A stretch of DNA of 64,000 nucleotides from Candidatus Micrarchaeota archaeon (GTDB taxonomy: Archaea; Micrarchaeota; Micrarchaeia; Anstonellales; Bilamarchaeaceae). Positions 19,602 through 29,136 of the stretch are shown piece after piece. Numbering within the stretch: the stretch's first letter is position 1; the number at the start of each line of letters is the position of its first letter. The translations under genes and the position numbers were made by a program. Below the pieces are notes generated by a model. The model saw only the letters and a list, made by a program, of their open reading frames with translations, was not told the origin of the DNA and ran no database searches. Where the stretch lies: positions 480,001 to 544,000 of the forward strand of contig JBDRCX010000006.1 of assembly GCA_043821365.1 (NCBI GenBank), in the 5' to 3' direction.

Positions 19602-20611
19602 CCAATCGCCCTCAATCCCTTATGCACGGCATTCATAAATGCCACAATTATTACTATTGTCAAGTTCGGGAAAAAGAACGCAAAAGGTAATAATTTCCCC
19701 ACATTCCAGAAACCAATTGAATTACTGCATGCGTTTCCACCGCCAGAACATCCTCCATCTACAACCCTATCACATACTGCATCTTCAAAATCATCACAAT
19801 CGTCTTCGTCTATGATATCATACATAGCTAATTCAAAAACATACATGAATGGAATTATGATATAAATTCCCAAACACAAGGCTATCAATAAATCCCCCAT
19901 CTGCCGTGTTGGTATGAATATTCTAAGTAAAAATGCTACTGGCAGCAGCCATTGAACTATGTTTTCTTTTATGAAACCAAGCATTAGTTTTTGCATGTTA
20001 ATGCTTACCAGTGCGGGTATCAAAAGTGAGCTGAATATCATTTCGTATTGGCTTGATCGTATCCTTTTGTATGCTGCCCCGGTTAGAGTATAACTGTTTA
20101 CTAAAGGCATAGCAAAGCTCCAGGCAAATGACGAGTCCATCATCTCTGATATTTGCCTATCAACATATGATTTTGTTATATCCTCTGCATCCTGGCTAAG
20201 CTTGTCAAGATAACAGTATGCTACGTCATTCATACTTGCACTGTTGCAGGACAATGCACCAAAAGTTGTTCCCAAATTCGTAAGAAGTAGTTGTGAGAAT
20301 CCTTCCATCGTGTAACATGTTCCAATAAGTATACCACTAAAAGCCATAAGAAAAACAATTGAGAAGCCAAGATGGTACATTTCGTCTTTAGAAAATACTA
20401 GAAAATTAGCATTTGTAAAAACTGTTCCGATCATGTACGTAATTGCTATCAATAATATGGTGAATGCTATTACTATGCTTATCAACACTCCCTGTTCTGC
20501 GAAAATACCAACTGTTGAATTATCTATGCAGTTGGTTGTGGAATCTATTGTCCACACTCCTGCTGCAGTTGCAAATGAAACAAAAATCAAAAATGCAAGT
20601 AATTTTTTCAT
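19598..20611 (-). CDS. Multi-pass membrane protein, paralog 2
   Basis: Signal peptide; NFLVFSKDEMYH, LLPVAFLLRIFIPTRQMG. Confidence 0.75.
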   Translation of the reverse strand: MKKLLAFLIFVSFATAAGVWTIDSTTNCIDNSTVGIFAEQGVLISIVIAFTILLIAITYMIGTVFTNANFLVFSKDEMYHLGFSIVFLMAFSGILIGTCYTMEGFSQLLLTNLGTTFGALSCNSASMNDVAYCYLDKLSQDAEDITKSYVDRQISEMMDSSFAWSFAMPLVNSYTLTGAAYKRIRSSQYEMIFSSLLIPALVSINMQKLMLGFIKENIVQWLLPVAFLLRIFIPTRQMGDLLIALCLGIYIIIPFMYVFELAMYDIIDEDDCDDFEDAVCDRVVDGGCSGGGNACSNSIGFWNVGKLLPFAFFFPNLTIVIIVAFMNAVHKGLRAIG

Positions 20612-21825
20612 ATCAGTCTTTGCACCCCGAACATGTATGCTTCTCCTCCAAGTGCGGTAGATAAGCTTTTTGCCCCTGAGATTGTTATTATTGCTATTAT
20701 TATCAGATCAATGTAGGTCAGAAAAACCAAATTATTAACAGCTTCAAGGAATGGTATCACAACATCAAATGCATTTAGCCAATATGGATCACCAGCCATG
20801 ACAATTGGTTCCCATAATAATGTAAACACAGTAAAAAGTACCTGAAAAATAATTTGTATTATTGGATAGACAACATTTTGTACAAGAGTAACACAACCAG
20901 GATAGGCAGCCTGGCCACCAGGAATGAATAATAAAAATAAACAAACTATCAATGCAAAAGGATAATCCCCAAGCCCGAGCAAAACTCGTATTGGTTCTAC
21001 TTCACAAAATCCAGCGGATGCTCCCATTACCCATGTTGCACCATTAAGGGTACTTTGATCAATTGATGGATTTGGCATGGTTATGCTTTGGTTGAGTTGA
21101 TCAACTATAATTACCGATAATGGAAGGAAAACATAGGCTGCTATTGCTATTGAAATAAGTGTGTTGCCAAGTTTTCTTGTAAAAGGGATAACACGTACTA
21201 TGAATGCACCCGGAAGCAAAATTGCTGGTACTATGACATCAGCATAAACAATAAGTAATCTTATTCCTTCAGATAGAAATATTGCATTTGTCAATGCTTG
21301 TGTTGCAATCGTGAGTGGTGTCAATAACAACATAGTACCTGATAGTGGGTTTGTTGCATAGCTTATGGACACATACCATAAAGGAATACTCAGATATGGT
21401 GAATAGGTTGATGCTGTTCTTATCTTTCCTCCAGCTTCTATTGCTTCCTTGAAGGCGTCATCAAATTCATCTATCCAATCATCTATTATCCCTACTGATG
21501 TTGTTATGTAATTTGATCCTGCAGCATTACCAGCTAATATTTCACCAATATCTCCGGATGTTACTGCACCAGTTACAACAATTGAAATTAGCGATATTAT
21601 TATGAGTGCAACTCCAAATTCTCTGAGTTCTGTTTTTACCCATGCATTTAATTTTGGGTCTGATGTCATCTCAGCTATCATTTTTGTTATTGCAAGTAAA
21701 ATTACAACAACCATTGCAGCTATTGGCACTGAGATTTTTATCTCATCTCCTATTGGAGTTACCAATCCAGCATGCAGAACTGATAACAATGTTAAAATTA
21801 ACAATCCAGCACGCCAAAGAACCAT
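20608..21825 (-). CDS. Multi-pass membrane protein, paralog 1
   Basis: PKLNAWVKTELRE, LLPGAFIVRVIPFTRKLG, LGGEAYMFGV. Confidence 0.75.
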   Translation of the reverse strand: MVLWRAGLLILTLLSVLHAGLVTPIGDEIKISVPIAAMVVVILLAITKMIAEMTSDPKLNAWVKTELREFGVALIIISLISIVVTGAVTSGDIGEILAGNAAGSNYITTSVGIIDDWIDEFDDAFKEAIEAGGKIRTASTYSPYLSIPLWYVSISYATNPLSGTMLLLTPLTIATQALTNAIFLSEGIRLLIVYADVIVPAILLPGAFIVRVIPFTRKLGNTLISIAIAAYVFLPLSVIIVDQLNQSITMPNPSIDQSTLNGATWVMGASAGFCEVEPIRVLLGLGDYPFALIVCLFLLFIPGGQAAYPGCVTLVQNVVYPIIQIIFQVLFTVFTLLWEPIVMAGDPYWLNAFDVVIPFLEAVNNLVFLTYIDLIIIAIITISGAKSLSTALGGEAYMFGVQRLI

Positions 21826-21932
21826 AGCTAGACTTCTACCTTGTTAATTTAAATCTTTTTGATTTTGATCTGTTGAATCCTCGCAAAGTTTACCGAACAA
21901 ATAATTATAAATCTACTAAAGTGTATTATAAC
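21826..21932. promoter_or_regulatory. Divergent promoter region with two TATA-like boxes
   Basis: TTTAAAT at ~21847-21853 lies ~22 nt from the minus-strand ATG (21825); TTATAAAT at 21905-21912 lies ~20 nt before ATG 21933. Spacing fits leaderless archaeal transcripts. Confidence 0.45.
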
Positions 21933-24900
21933 ATGAAATATGGTCTCGCTATTTTAGGAGTGCTCTTTTTTGTTAATTTAATTTCTGCAACAGACTGTCT
22001 TGATTGTGATGATCTTAACGAAGCATTACAAGGAAAGTTATTTACGTTAACACATACTTATGAAAAAACTATAGAAATTTATGCCTATTACGAAAATAAT
22101 TCTGCTCCTGATCCAAGAGTCGCATTAAACAACACCGCAATAATAATAGAAATTACCAATGCTTCAAATAGTGGTAATTTTCCTCAGTTGCACAAAGTCT
22201 ACACTGATCAAACTGGCAAAGCAGAATTTGATTTTTCTGAGTGGGCTGACGATTCAACTAGTGGATGCTTCAATATGAAAGTTCTCTACTGTCCTTTTTG
22301 TACTGTTGATTCTTCACACTGTGGTTTTGCAGAGTGTCTTTCTTTTTCAAGTATACGCAATACCTCTGGCTATTATAGTAATATAATTGGGGACATTGAA
22401 AACATAGATGATATTGAAGGCCCATCTGCTCCTGCAGTAGTTAACAACGGGACTTATCTTCCACAGGTTACTCTTGTTTCATTCTGTTCTCCACCGCCAC
22501 CAGCCGCAACTACTCCTGCTTTTTGCCTTCCATTAATTCTTGTTTTTGCTTTACTAGGTGGTGCACTTTATCTTTCTGGACAGAATCCATTTGGTGTATT
22601 CAATCTTGGTTCTCCAAGAGTTGGAAGACATATTCGTTATCAAGCAAGAGCAAGAGGATTTTCATTTAGTGTTATGTCTGTTATTCAAGCTGCAGGATCA
22701 ATTGCATCAACAGTAAGTCAAGTAAAAAAAGCAAAAGCAGAAGCAAAAAAAGAAGGAAAGAGTATGTCTACTGGTGATGCAATAAAAAAAGTGGAGAGCA
22801 ATAGGGCAAGTTATAATATTATTGGTGCCTCCTCAGTGAATAGGATAAAGATGGGTATTGGTGGTTTTAAATCAGCACGGGCAAAAGCAGCTGCAAAGGG
22901 AGGAACAGCTCAAGGTCAAGCCATGCGCTCAGGACAAGATGCCGGAACTGGTGGTCGTGGTGTACAATTTTTAGGACCTGGACAAATGAGAATGCCTGGA
23001 GAGGGGTATGGAAATACTGGTGGCAAGTTAATGGCTAAATGGGGTGGAGGCAAGGGGGCATCTGGTTATTTTGGAAAGATGGCAGCTGGATTTACTGCAA
23101 TGGGGGTAGGACTCTTATCAAGTTTGCCAATTTTCTATTCGTTTAGTGCAATTGCTACTGCTTGCGGCGCAGATACTAATATTATGGCAAGAATTGAAAG
23201 AGGATCTAGAGATCCTGCTAGAGCTCAAGCAGAACTAAACCAAAGACTTGGTCAAGACGGAAATCCAATAATTACTTTGTCTGATGGTGAAACAGAAGCA
23301 ACTATGACTATGGCAGCAGGAGAAGAAACAACAACTGTTGGACTTACTGCCATACCAGTACCAGGTGAATCTCAACCAGAACAACCACCAGCAGAGAAAC
23401 AAGCACAAGTTACAATGGACAATGAGACTGGAGAGGTAAAAGCTGTTTCTTACGAAGCCCCAGCAACTGCTAAGAATCCTGAAACAGGAGAAGCAACTGC
23501 TGGTCAAAAAGTAGCTGTTTCTGGAACATCTGGAGATGCAACTGTTAAAGTTGAAGCAGGAGGAACTACTACGGAATATAAAATTACTCAAGTTTCTCCA
23601 ACTCCAGTTACTGGCGCAGAAGCAGATGCAGTAAAAGCATTAGCAGCACCAGGTGCAACACCGGCAGACGGACAAACAGTGGTTGTAGTTACTGCTCCAG
23701 ATGGGGGAACAAAAATAAGGATAGATGGTGGAGATCAGGCAGGAACTTATAGTGTTGGAGCTGATGGTTCTGTTGCTAGAATCCAACCAGATGTTATTAC
23801 TAAAACTGAACCTATTACTGGTCCTGCAGCAGACCAGATAAGGACTTTATGCAGTCCAACTACCGGTCCTTTACCAGAAGGTAATGTATCAGTTGTGGCA
23901 GGTCCTAATGGGGAACAGCAGTTCAAAATTGATGGTGGACCAAATGCAGGAACTTATACTTTTGGTGCAGATGGCTCGGTTACTAGAATTGAAACTGTTA
24001 CTGGCCCTGCAGCAGATGCAGTAAAAGCATTAGCAGCACCAGGACTTACTGGTGATGGTATTATTGGCGGGTTTAAGGTTGGAGATACTCCAACAATGCC
24101 AGCTGATCGTTGGGCTGGTCAAATGACTCCAGCTGAAATAGCAAAATTAGAAGCACAAGGGCAATATGTTGGTGATCTCCAAAAACAAGACACATTCCTT
24201 GCATCATGTGCAGAGACTGTTATAGGTGTACAAGAAGCTATTGATCATGTTAAATCAACAACTCAGGCAGCAGCTGGAGATAGACACGATGAGATTGCAA
24301 CTGCTATATCTGCTCCTGAAGGAAAAGCTCTTCTTGATGCTGCGTTAGATAGGGAAGCAACTACTGCTGCATCATTGGCATTTGGGAAACCAGTTGAACC
24401 AGAAGAAGCAACCAAACTCACAACTGGGGTTGCAAAAACAATTGAAGAAACTGATCTTTATCGCGGGGGGTTTGGAGCAGATGCTGTCAGAACTGTCTGG
24501 GATGAACATAATCCGGTTATGGGTGATGATAAAAGACAAGCACTAGAACGGGCTGGAATGGCCATCGATCAGATAGTTGCCAGTTTGCCAGTTGGTGATC
24601 TTGCAGAAATGACCCCAGCTAAATTACAAGGCCACTTAGAACAAAGATTGGGAGAAGGTGCTGCAACAGTACTCGAACATATAAAACTAGATCATGTATC
24701 CGGAAATATTCAAAGAGAGGCAGGAGAATTCAAACAAGAACTAACTGCACGATTAGGTGAAACTACAGCTTCCCAATTATTATCTACACCTCAAGAACAA
24801 TTTCAAATATTGCGTGAGTCTTCTAATCGTATTTACGAAGCACGAGCTGATCCTAGTGGAACAGAAGCAGTTAGTTTAGTTATGAGAGATCCATCTAAAC

Positions 24901-25841
24901 TTCCAGCAGATTTACAACTTTCTGTTGCCGAATATCATACTTATTCAGCTGCAGCTACTGAGGCAGCTATGATGTCAACTAGTATATATGATGACAATCG
25001 TGCAGCAAGCGGCGATACAACACAAGTGTTAAAGTATGGTGAAACGCAAGCAAATATTGCTCCTCATCTCGAAGAAGATGTTCTCCATGGAGCACAAATG
25101 GATTTACAAAGGGTCATGATCAAACAAGTAGATACACTTGATGAATCAAACAAAGCATTATTGCCTTCAGAATATGGTACGATGACTCGAAAGTATGATG
25201 ATGGGTTCCAGCAAATAGGCGAAGCAAATCAAATGCAAGTTGCTTTCATGTCCGCTGGATTATTGGACCCAAGCAATCCTAGTACTTCTCCAACTAGTGC
25301 AGCACTTTCTACTGCATTATTCACAGAACTGGAGGTTAATAGAGCCTTGGATAAATCAAGGGACATATATCAAGACCTTGGTGTTGGCGGTGCTGTTGCT
25401 GATACTGGCCCTGTCGGTATGACTAAAGTTGGTACTCTACCAGATATAGATTATAACGCAGCAACTGCGAAATTAGCTCAAGAAGCTTATAGATATCATA
25501 CTCTGGGAATGCCTGATGTTGCGCAAGCATATACTGAAGTTTTACATCATGTTACAGAAGCAAGAGATGCACCCAACAGTACTGAACGAGATGAACATTT
25601 GACACAAGCACGTCAAACATTATCTATAATGTCTATTGCCCCTACAACTCCTGATCAAGTTGGTCCTCAAGGACATATTTATGAAGCAGTTCATGGTGCA
25701 GAAACACACATAGAAGAAGCATATGATCTAGGACGACAAAGAATTGCAGAAGGAGATAGATACGCTGAGAAAGTGACTCAAAAAGTTCAAAAGATTATCG
25801 AAAAACAAAGGCGTGAAGATACAGAAAGGCATGGTATGTGA
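21933..25841 (+). CDS. Large membrane-anchored protein with internal repeats (~1302 aa from the likely start at 21933)
   Basis: Signal peptide MKYGLAILGVLFF; Cys-rich N-domain; TM FCLPLILVFALLGGALYL; Gly/Lys-rich region; Thr/Gly/Pro repeats. Confidence 0.75.
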   Translation: MKYGLAILGVLFFVNLISATDCLDCDDLNEALQGKLFTLTHTYEKTIEIYAYYENNSAPDPRVALNNTAIIIEITNASNSGNFPQLHKVYTDQTGKAEFDFSEWADDSTSGCFNMKVLYCPFCTVDSSHCGFAECLSFSSIRNTSGYYSNIIGDIENIDDIEGPSAPAVVNNGTYLPQVTLVSFCSPPPPAATTPAFCLPLILVFALLGGALYLSGQNPFGVFNLGSPRVGRHIRYQARARGFSFSVMSVIQAAGSIASTVSQVKKAKAEAKKEGKSMSTGDAIKKVESNRASYNIIGASSVNRIKMGIGGFKSARAKAAAKGGTAQGQAMRSGQDAGTGGRGVQFLGPGQMRMPGEGYGNTGGKLMAKWGGGKGASGYFGKMAAGFTAMGVGLLSSLPIFYSFSAIATACGADTNIMARIERGSRDPARAQAELNQRLGQDGNPIITLSDGETEATMTMAAGEETTTVGLTAIPVPGESQPEQPPAEKQAQVTMDNETGEVKAVSYEAPATAKNPETGEATAGQKVAVSGTSGDATVKVEAGGTTTEYKITQVSPTPVTGAEADAVKALAAPGATPADGQTVVVVTAPDGGTKIRIDGGDQAGTYSVGADGSVARIQPDVITKTEPITGPAADQIRTLCSPTTGPLPEGNVSVVAGPNGEQQFKIDGGPNAGTYTFGADGSVTRIETVTGPAADAVKALAAPGLTGDGIIGGFKVGDTPTMPADRWAGQMTPAEIAKLEAQGQYVGDLQKQDTFLASCAETVIGVQEAIDHVKSTTQAAAGDRHDEIATAISAPEGKALLDAALDREATTAASLAFGKPVEPEEATKLTTGVAKTIEETDLYRGGFGADAVRTVWDEHNPVMGDDKRQALERAGMAIDQIVASLPVGDLAEMTPAKLQGHLEQRLGEGAATVLEHIKLDHVSGNIQREAGEFKQELTARLGETTASQLLSTPQEQFQILRESSNRIYEARADPSGTEAVSLVMRDPSKLPADLQLSVAEYHTYSAAATEAAMMSTSIYDDNRAASGDTTQVLKYGETQANIAPHLEEDVLHGAQMDLQRVMIKQVDTLDESNKALLPSEYGTMTRKYDDGFQQIGEANQMQVAFMSAGLLDPSNPSTSPTSAALSTALFTELEVNRALDKSRDIYQDLGVGGAVADTGPVGMTKVGTLPDIDYNAATAKLAQEAYRYHTLGMPDVAQAYTEVLHHVTEARDAPNSTERDEHLTQARQTLSIMSIAPTTPDQVGPQGHIYEAVHGAETHIEEAYDLGRQRIAEGDRYAEKVTQKVQKIIEKQRREDTERHGM
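23608..24043 (+). repeat. Intragenic tandem repeats (~60-70 aa units)
   Basis: Exact 33-nt repeat AGCAGATGCAGTAAAAGCATTAGCAGCACCAGG at 23621 and 24011; protein units [VI]TG[AP]xAD[AQ][VI] and IDGGxxAGTYxxGADGSVxRI. Confidence 0.85.
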
Positions 25842-25845
25842 GCTT

Positions 25846-26157
25846 ATGAGTTTTGCAACTGCCCCAATCAAAAGATTAAAACGATTGCTCACATCTGGAA
25901 ATCTCTGGCTTTACATTCTCTCCTTGTTAAGAAATCAGAAAATCTATGCCTATGAAATGGACAATATGATTGAAAAAGAATTCTTCTTTAAACCAGATAA
26001 AATCATGATTTATATAGTTCTCTATCGTTTGGAAAATGAAAAACTCATAACTTCAAAATTCCAACAAAGAAGAAAATACTATTCAATAACAAAAAAAGGA
26101 AAAGAAACACTGGATTCTGCAAGGGAATATTTCAAAGTTTTATCAAATAAATTGTAA
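25846..26157 (+). CDS. PadR-family transcriptional regulator
   Basis: LWLYILSLL...YAYEM...IYIVLYRLENEKLI...RRKYYSITKKG; likely start ATG 25846. Confidence 0.85.
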   Translation: MSFATAPIKRLKRLLTSGNLWLYILSLLRNQKIYAYEMDNMIEKEFFFKPDKIMIYIVLYRLENEKLITSKFQQRRKYYSITKKGKETLDSAREYFKVLSNKL

Positions 26158-26197
26158 GTGTTAAATTTAAATTAACAACTGTTATATATTATTTAAC

Positions 26198-26803
26198 ATG
26201 TTAGAAAAACTTCTGCGTTCAAAAGCAGGTGTCAAGCTTATTGGTACAGTCCTATTCAACGATGGTCTTCATCTAAGGGAATTGGCCAGAAAGGCAAATA
26301 TTTCACCATTTGAAGCAAAAAGAGAATTAGATATATTGTTAGATCTGGATCTATTGACTCGTAAGAAAGTGGGCAATCAGGTTTTTTTCTATACTAACAA
26401 AGAGTGTTCTTTTCTTCAGGATCTTAAAAATCTCTATCAAAAAACAGAGGGGTTTTTTATGGTTTTGAAAGAAGCACTGTTGCCACTTAACCTAAAGTAT
26501 GCTTTCGTATTTGGTAGTATTGCAAAAGGAACAGAGATAAAGAATAGTGATCTAGATCTGTTAGTGATAGGTGATGAATCAGATACTAACCTGTCAAATA
26601 TTATCTTCAAAACTCAGAAAAAGTTCAATAGAGACATAAATTTCATATTATGGTCAAGAAAAGATTTTCAGGAAAAACTAAACTCTAAAAACATGTTTCT
26701 ATTTAATATTTTAAATCAAAAAATAATTTGGATTATGGGGGATGAGTATGAGTTTAGCAGAATTGTTAAAGAAGGATTTGGTAAGAAAATCAGAACCAGA
26801 TAG
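26198..26803 (+). CDS. HTH-fused minimal nucleotidyltransferase (MNT antitoxin)
   Basis: N-terminal wHTH (LHLRELARKA); FVFGSIAKG...SDLDLLVIG. Confidence 0.85.
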   Translation: MLEKLLRSKAGVKLIGTVLFNDGLHLRELARKANISPFEAKRELDILLDLDLLTRKKVGNQVFFYTNKECSFLQDLKNLYQKTEGFFMVLKEALLPLNLKYAFVFGSIAKGTEIKNSDLDLLVIGDESDTNLSNIIFKTQKKFNRDINFILWSRKDFQEKLNSKNMFLFNILNQKIIWIMGDEYEFSRIVKEGFGKKIRTR

Positions 26804-27170
26804 AAATCAAGCACTAGAACTTTTGGCTTCAGCAGAACGAGATCTTAAAGCGGCAAATGATAATTTGGCCAGCTCAAATTATGATTGGGCACTTGCAATT
26901 TCTTATAATTCAATGCTCTCCAGTGGAAGGGCGCTCATGGCAAATAAAGGATATATACCAGTGACCGAGGCTCATCATCTTGCGGTCGTACGATTTTGTG
27001 ATGCTGTTTTACAATCTAAAACTAATTTTGGGGGAACGTTCAATAAATATAGAGTTCGTCGTCATAATGTGGTATATGGAGCTGCTGGAAGTGTTGGGAG
27101 GGAAGAAGCAGAAACATCTATTAAGAATGCAGAATTATTCTACAAATGCATACGAGGGACTATAAAATGA
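26742..27170 (+). CDS. HEPN domain protein (toxin of MNT-HEPN pair)
   Basis: AERDLKAA, YNSMLSSGRAL, H...VV, RRHNVVY; overlaps the MNT gene. Confidence 0.85.
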   Translation: MSMSLAELLKKDLVRKSEPDRNQALELLASAERDLKAANDNLASSNYDWALAISYNSMLSSGRALMANKGYIPVTEAHHLAVVRFCDAVLQSKTNFGGTFNKYRVRRHNVVYGAAGSVGREEAETSIKNAELFYKCIRGTIK

Positions 27171-27682
27171 GAATAATCATAACAGGAACTCCAGGAACAG
27201 GAAAATCAATAATTGCAAAGAAACTTGCAGATGAATTAAACCTGGAGCTTATAGACATAAAAAAACTTGTTCTAGCTAAAAAACTCAGAAACAAAAAACA
27301 TGAAGTTGATATCAAAAAATTAGCACAAAATCTCAAGTTTCTAAAAACCAAAAAAGACTATGTTGTTGAAGGGCATCTTGCATGTGAGTTGTTTTTACCG
27401 AACGACTTCGTCGTTGTTTTACGTACAAATCCAAAAGTTCTCAAAAAAAGACTTGAAAAAAGAAAATACAGCAAAAGAAAAACACAAGAGAACTTGGCAG
27501 TTGAAATATTAGATTATTGTACTCAGAGGGTGATGATGTTCTATAAGAGAAAACCACTTGAGCTTGACACTTCCCAAAGGTCTCTCCAATCAAATATCCT
27601 TGAGATAAAAAAAGCAATAAAGCAAAAGAAGAAAAAGATTGACTGTGTTGACTATTCTGGATTTATCATTGAGGGATATTGA
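27167..27682 (+). CDS. Adenylate kinase, AK6/Fap7 family
   Basis: IIITGTPGTGKS; VVEGHLA; LRTNPKVLKKRLEKRKY. Confidence 0.88.
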   Translation: MRIIITGTPGTGKSIIAKKLADELNLELIDIKKLVLAKKLRNKKHEVDIKKLAQNLKFLKTKKDYVVEGHLACELFLPNDFVVVLRTNPKVLKKRLEKRKYSKRKTQENLAVEILDYCTQRVMMFYKRKPLELDTSQRSLQSNILEIKKAIKQKKKKIDCVDYSGFIIEGY

Positions 27683-28185
27683 TGGAAAAGGAAGAAAAAA
27701 AACTTATCGAAGCTGCTCTTTTCATCAGCTCCCGTGCCATGACCATCGAGGAATTCCGTACTCTTACTGGTATCGGTGCTCTTGGTTATCTTCAAACTGT
27801 TGTTGATGAATTAAAAAAAGATTATGAAGATCGTGCAATCGAAATAATAGAAATAGAAGGAAAGTACTCCATGCAAGTAAAAAATAATTATTTACAAAGA
27901 GTAAAGCAATTTGCACAGGATATTGAAATAAGCAAGTCTGCACTTCGTACTTTGGCGTATATTTCAAAAAATGATGGAATCTTGAAATCACTTTTAGTAA
28001 AACGAATTGGTACAAAAGTATACTCAGATGTTCATGAGTTGGTTGATGCTGGGTTTGTAAAAGCCCACAAAGCAGGAAGAACCAAGAAACTAACCCTAAC
28101 CGAGAAGTTTAAGAAATATTTTGTTCAACAAAAACAACCTGTTGATGAAACTCAGTCAACACCAGAGACACAACAAACAGAATGA
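27679..28185 (+). CDS. scpB: Segregation and condensation protein B
   Basis: LIEAALF, LRTLAYI, RTKKLTLTEKFKKYF. Confidence 0.88.
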   Translation: MMEKEEKKLIEAALFISSRAMTIEEFRTLTGIGALGYLQTVVDELKKDYEDRAIEIIEIEGKYSMQVKNNYLQRVKQFAQDIEISKSALRTLAYISKNDGILKSLLVKRIGTKVYSDVHELVDAGFVKAHKAGRTKKLTLTEKFKKYFVQQKQPVDETQSTPETQQTE

Positions 28186-28214
28186 TGGTTGTTAACACTT
28201 TTTTTATTCATTTA

Positions 28215-28296
28215 GCTGAGGTCGCATAACCTGGTAGTGCGCCGGTCTTGAAAACCGGTCCCTTCGGGATCGCAGGTTCAAATCCTGCCCTCAGCG
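28215..28296 (+). tRNA. tRNA-Ser(UGA), intronless, CCA not encoded
   Basis: Acceptor GCTGAGG/CCTCAGC; anticodon arm CCGGT-CT TGA AA-ACCGG; long variable arm TCCC-TTC-GGGA; T arm GCAGG-TTCAAAT-CCTGC. Confidence 0.97.
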
Positions 28297-28331
28297 TTCC
28301 ATTTTTTTGAAAAAAAACTTATTATTAAAAA

Positions 28332-29108
28332 TCAACTAAAAACCAATCCTATTCCTAAGACAACAATCAAAATCCCCAAAGCAAAAATTATCTTATAAAA
28401 GTCCTTTCTTGCAGCAATTTTCAATAAATAATCAATAGTAATAAAACCAACAACTGCTGCGACAATGCCTCCAAAGATCAATTCACCAGAAATGGAAAAA
28501 TCTCCTTTTATTAGTGGCAAAGCCAATTCTACCCCCAAAACAGTTGGAATGCTCATCAAGAAGCTTAGTTTTAGTGATTCTTTTAATGAAAAATCTCTTC
28601 CAAGCAGTGCAACTAATGTAACCCCAGATCTACTTACACCTGGGAGTGCAGAAAGCCCCTGTGCCAACCCAACCAAAATTGCATTTTTACTAGTTAATTC
28701 TGCACCGAAATTTTCATTTCTATTTCTGTGCAAATATGCTATTATAATCAAAACAAATCCTATAAAAATTGTAAAAACTGAATCAGGAAATTCAAAATTA
28801 AGAGCAATAAATAATAATGGCAATCCAATAATCCCAGTCATCAAGGTTGTTATTATCAAAAAAACCAAAAGCTCTTTTTTTCCTTTTCTAAAGACACTCT
28901 TAATTATCTCAATTATGTCTTTTCTAAAATAAACAATGGCAGCCAAAAGAGTTCCACTGTGTAAAAATATTGCAGTGCTTAAAGCATCCTGGTAGCTCAT
29001 ACCAAAAAGAAATTTACCAACTAAAGCAACCATTGCTTTTGAACTGACTGGCAGCCATTCAGTTATGCCCTGTATAATTCCTAAGATGATGGCTTGTAAT
29101 ATGTCCAT
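28332..29108 (-). CDS. uppP: Undecaprenyl-diphosphate phosphatase (BacA/UppP family)
   Basis: GIIQGITEWLPVSS, LHSGTLLA, QGLSALPGVSRSG, SFLMSIP. Confidence 0.92.
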   Translation of the reverse strand: MDILQAIILGIIQGITEWLPVSSKAMVALVGKFLFGMSYQDALSTAIFLHSGTLLAAIVYFRKDIIEIIKSVFRKGKKELLVFLIITTLMTGIIGLPLLFIALNFEFPDSVFTIFIGFVLIIIAYLHRNRNENFGAELTSKNAILVGLAQGLSALPGVSRSGVTLVALLGRDFSLKESLKLSFLMSIPTVLGVELALPLIKGDFSISGELIFGGIVAAVVGFITIDYLLKIAARKDFYKIIFALGILIVVLGIGLVFS

Positions 29109-29136
29109 ATAATTCGATTTCTCTTATGATTTTAAA

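Noticed and set aside
27030-27046. CGTTCAATAAAT resembling half of the rpo12/rps15 leader
   Set aside because: It is inside the HEPN coding sequence and lacks the matching arm and downstream stem.
28215-28296. tRNA-Ser as an integration (att) site
   Set aside because: No duplicate of its 3' end was found in the window and both flanks are housekeeping genes.
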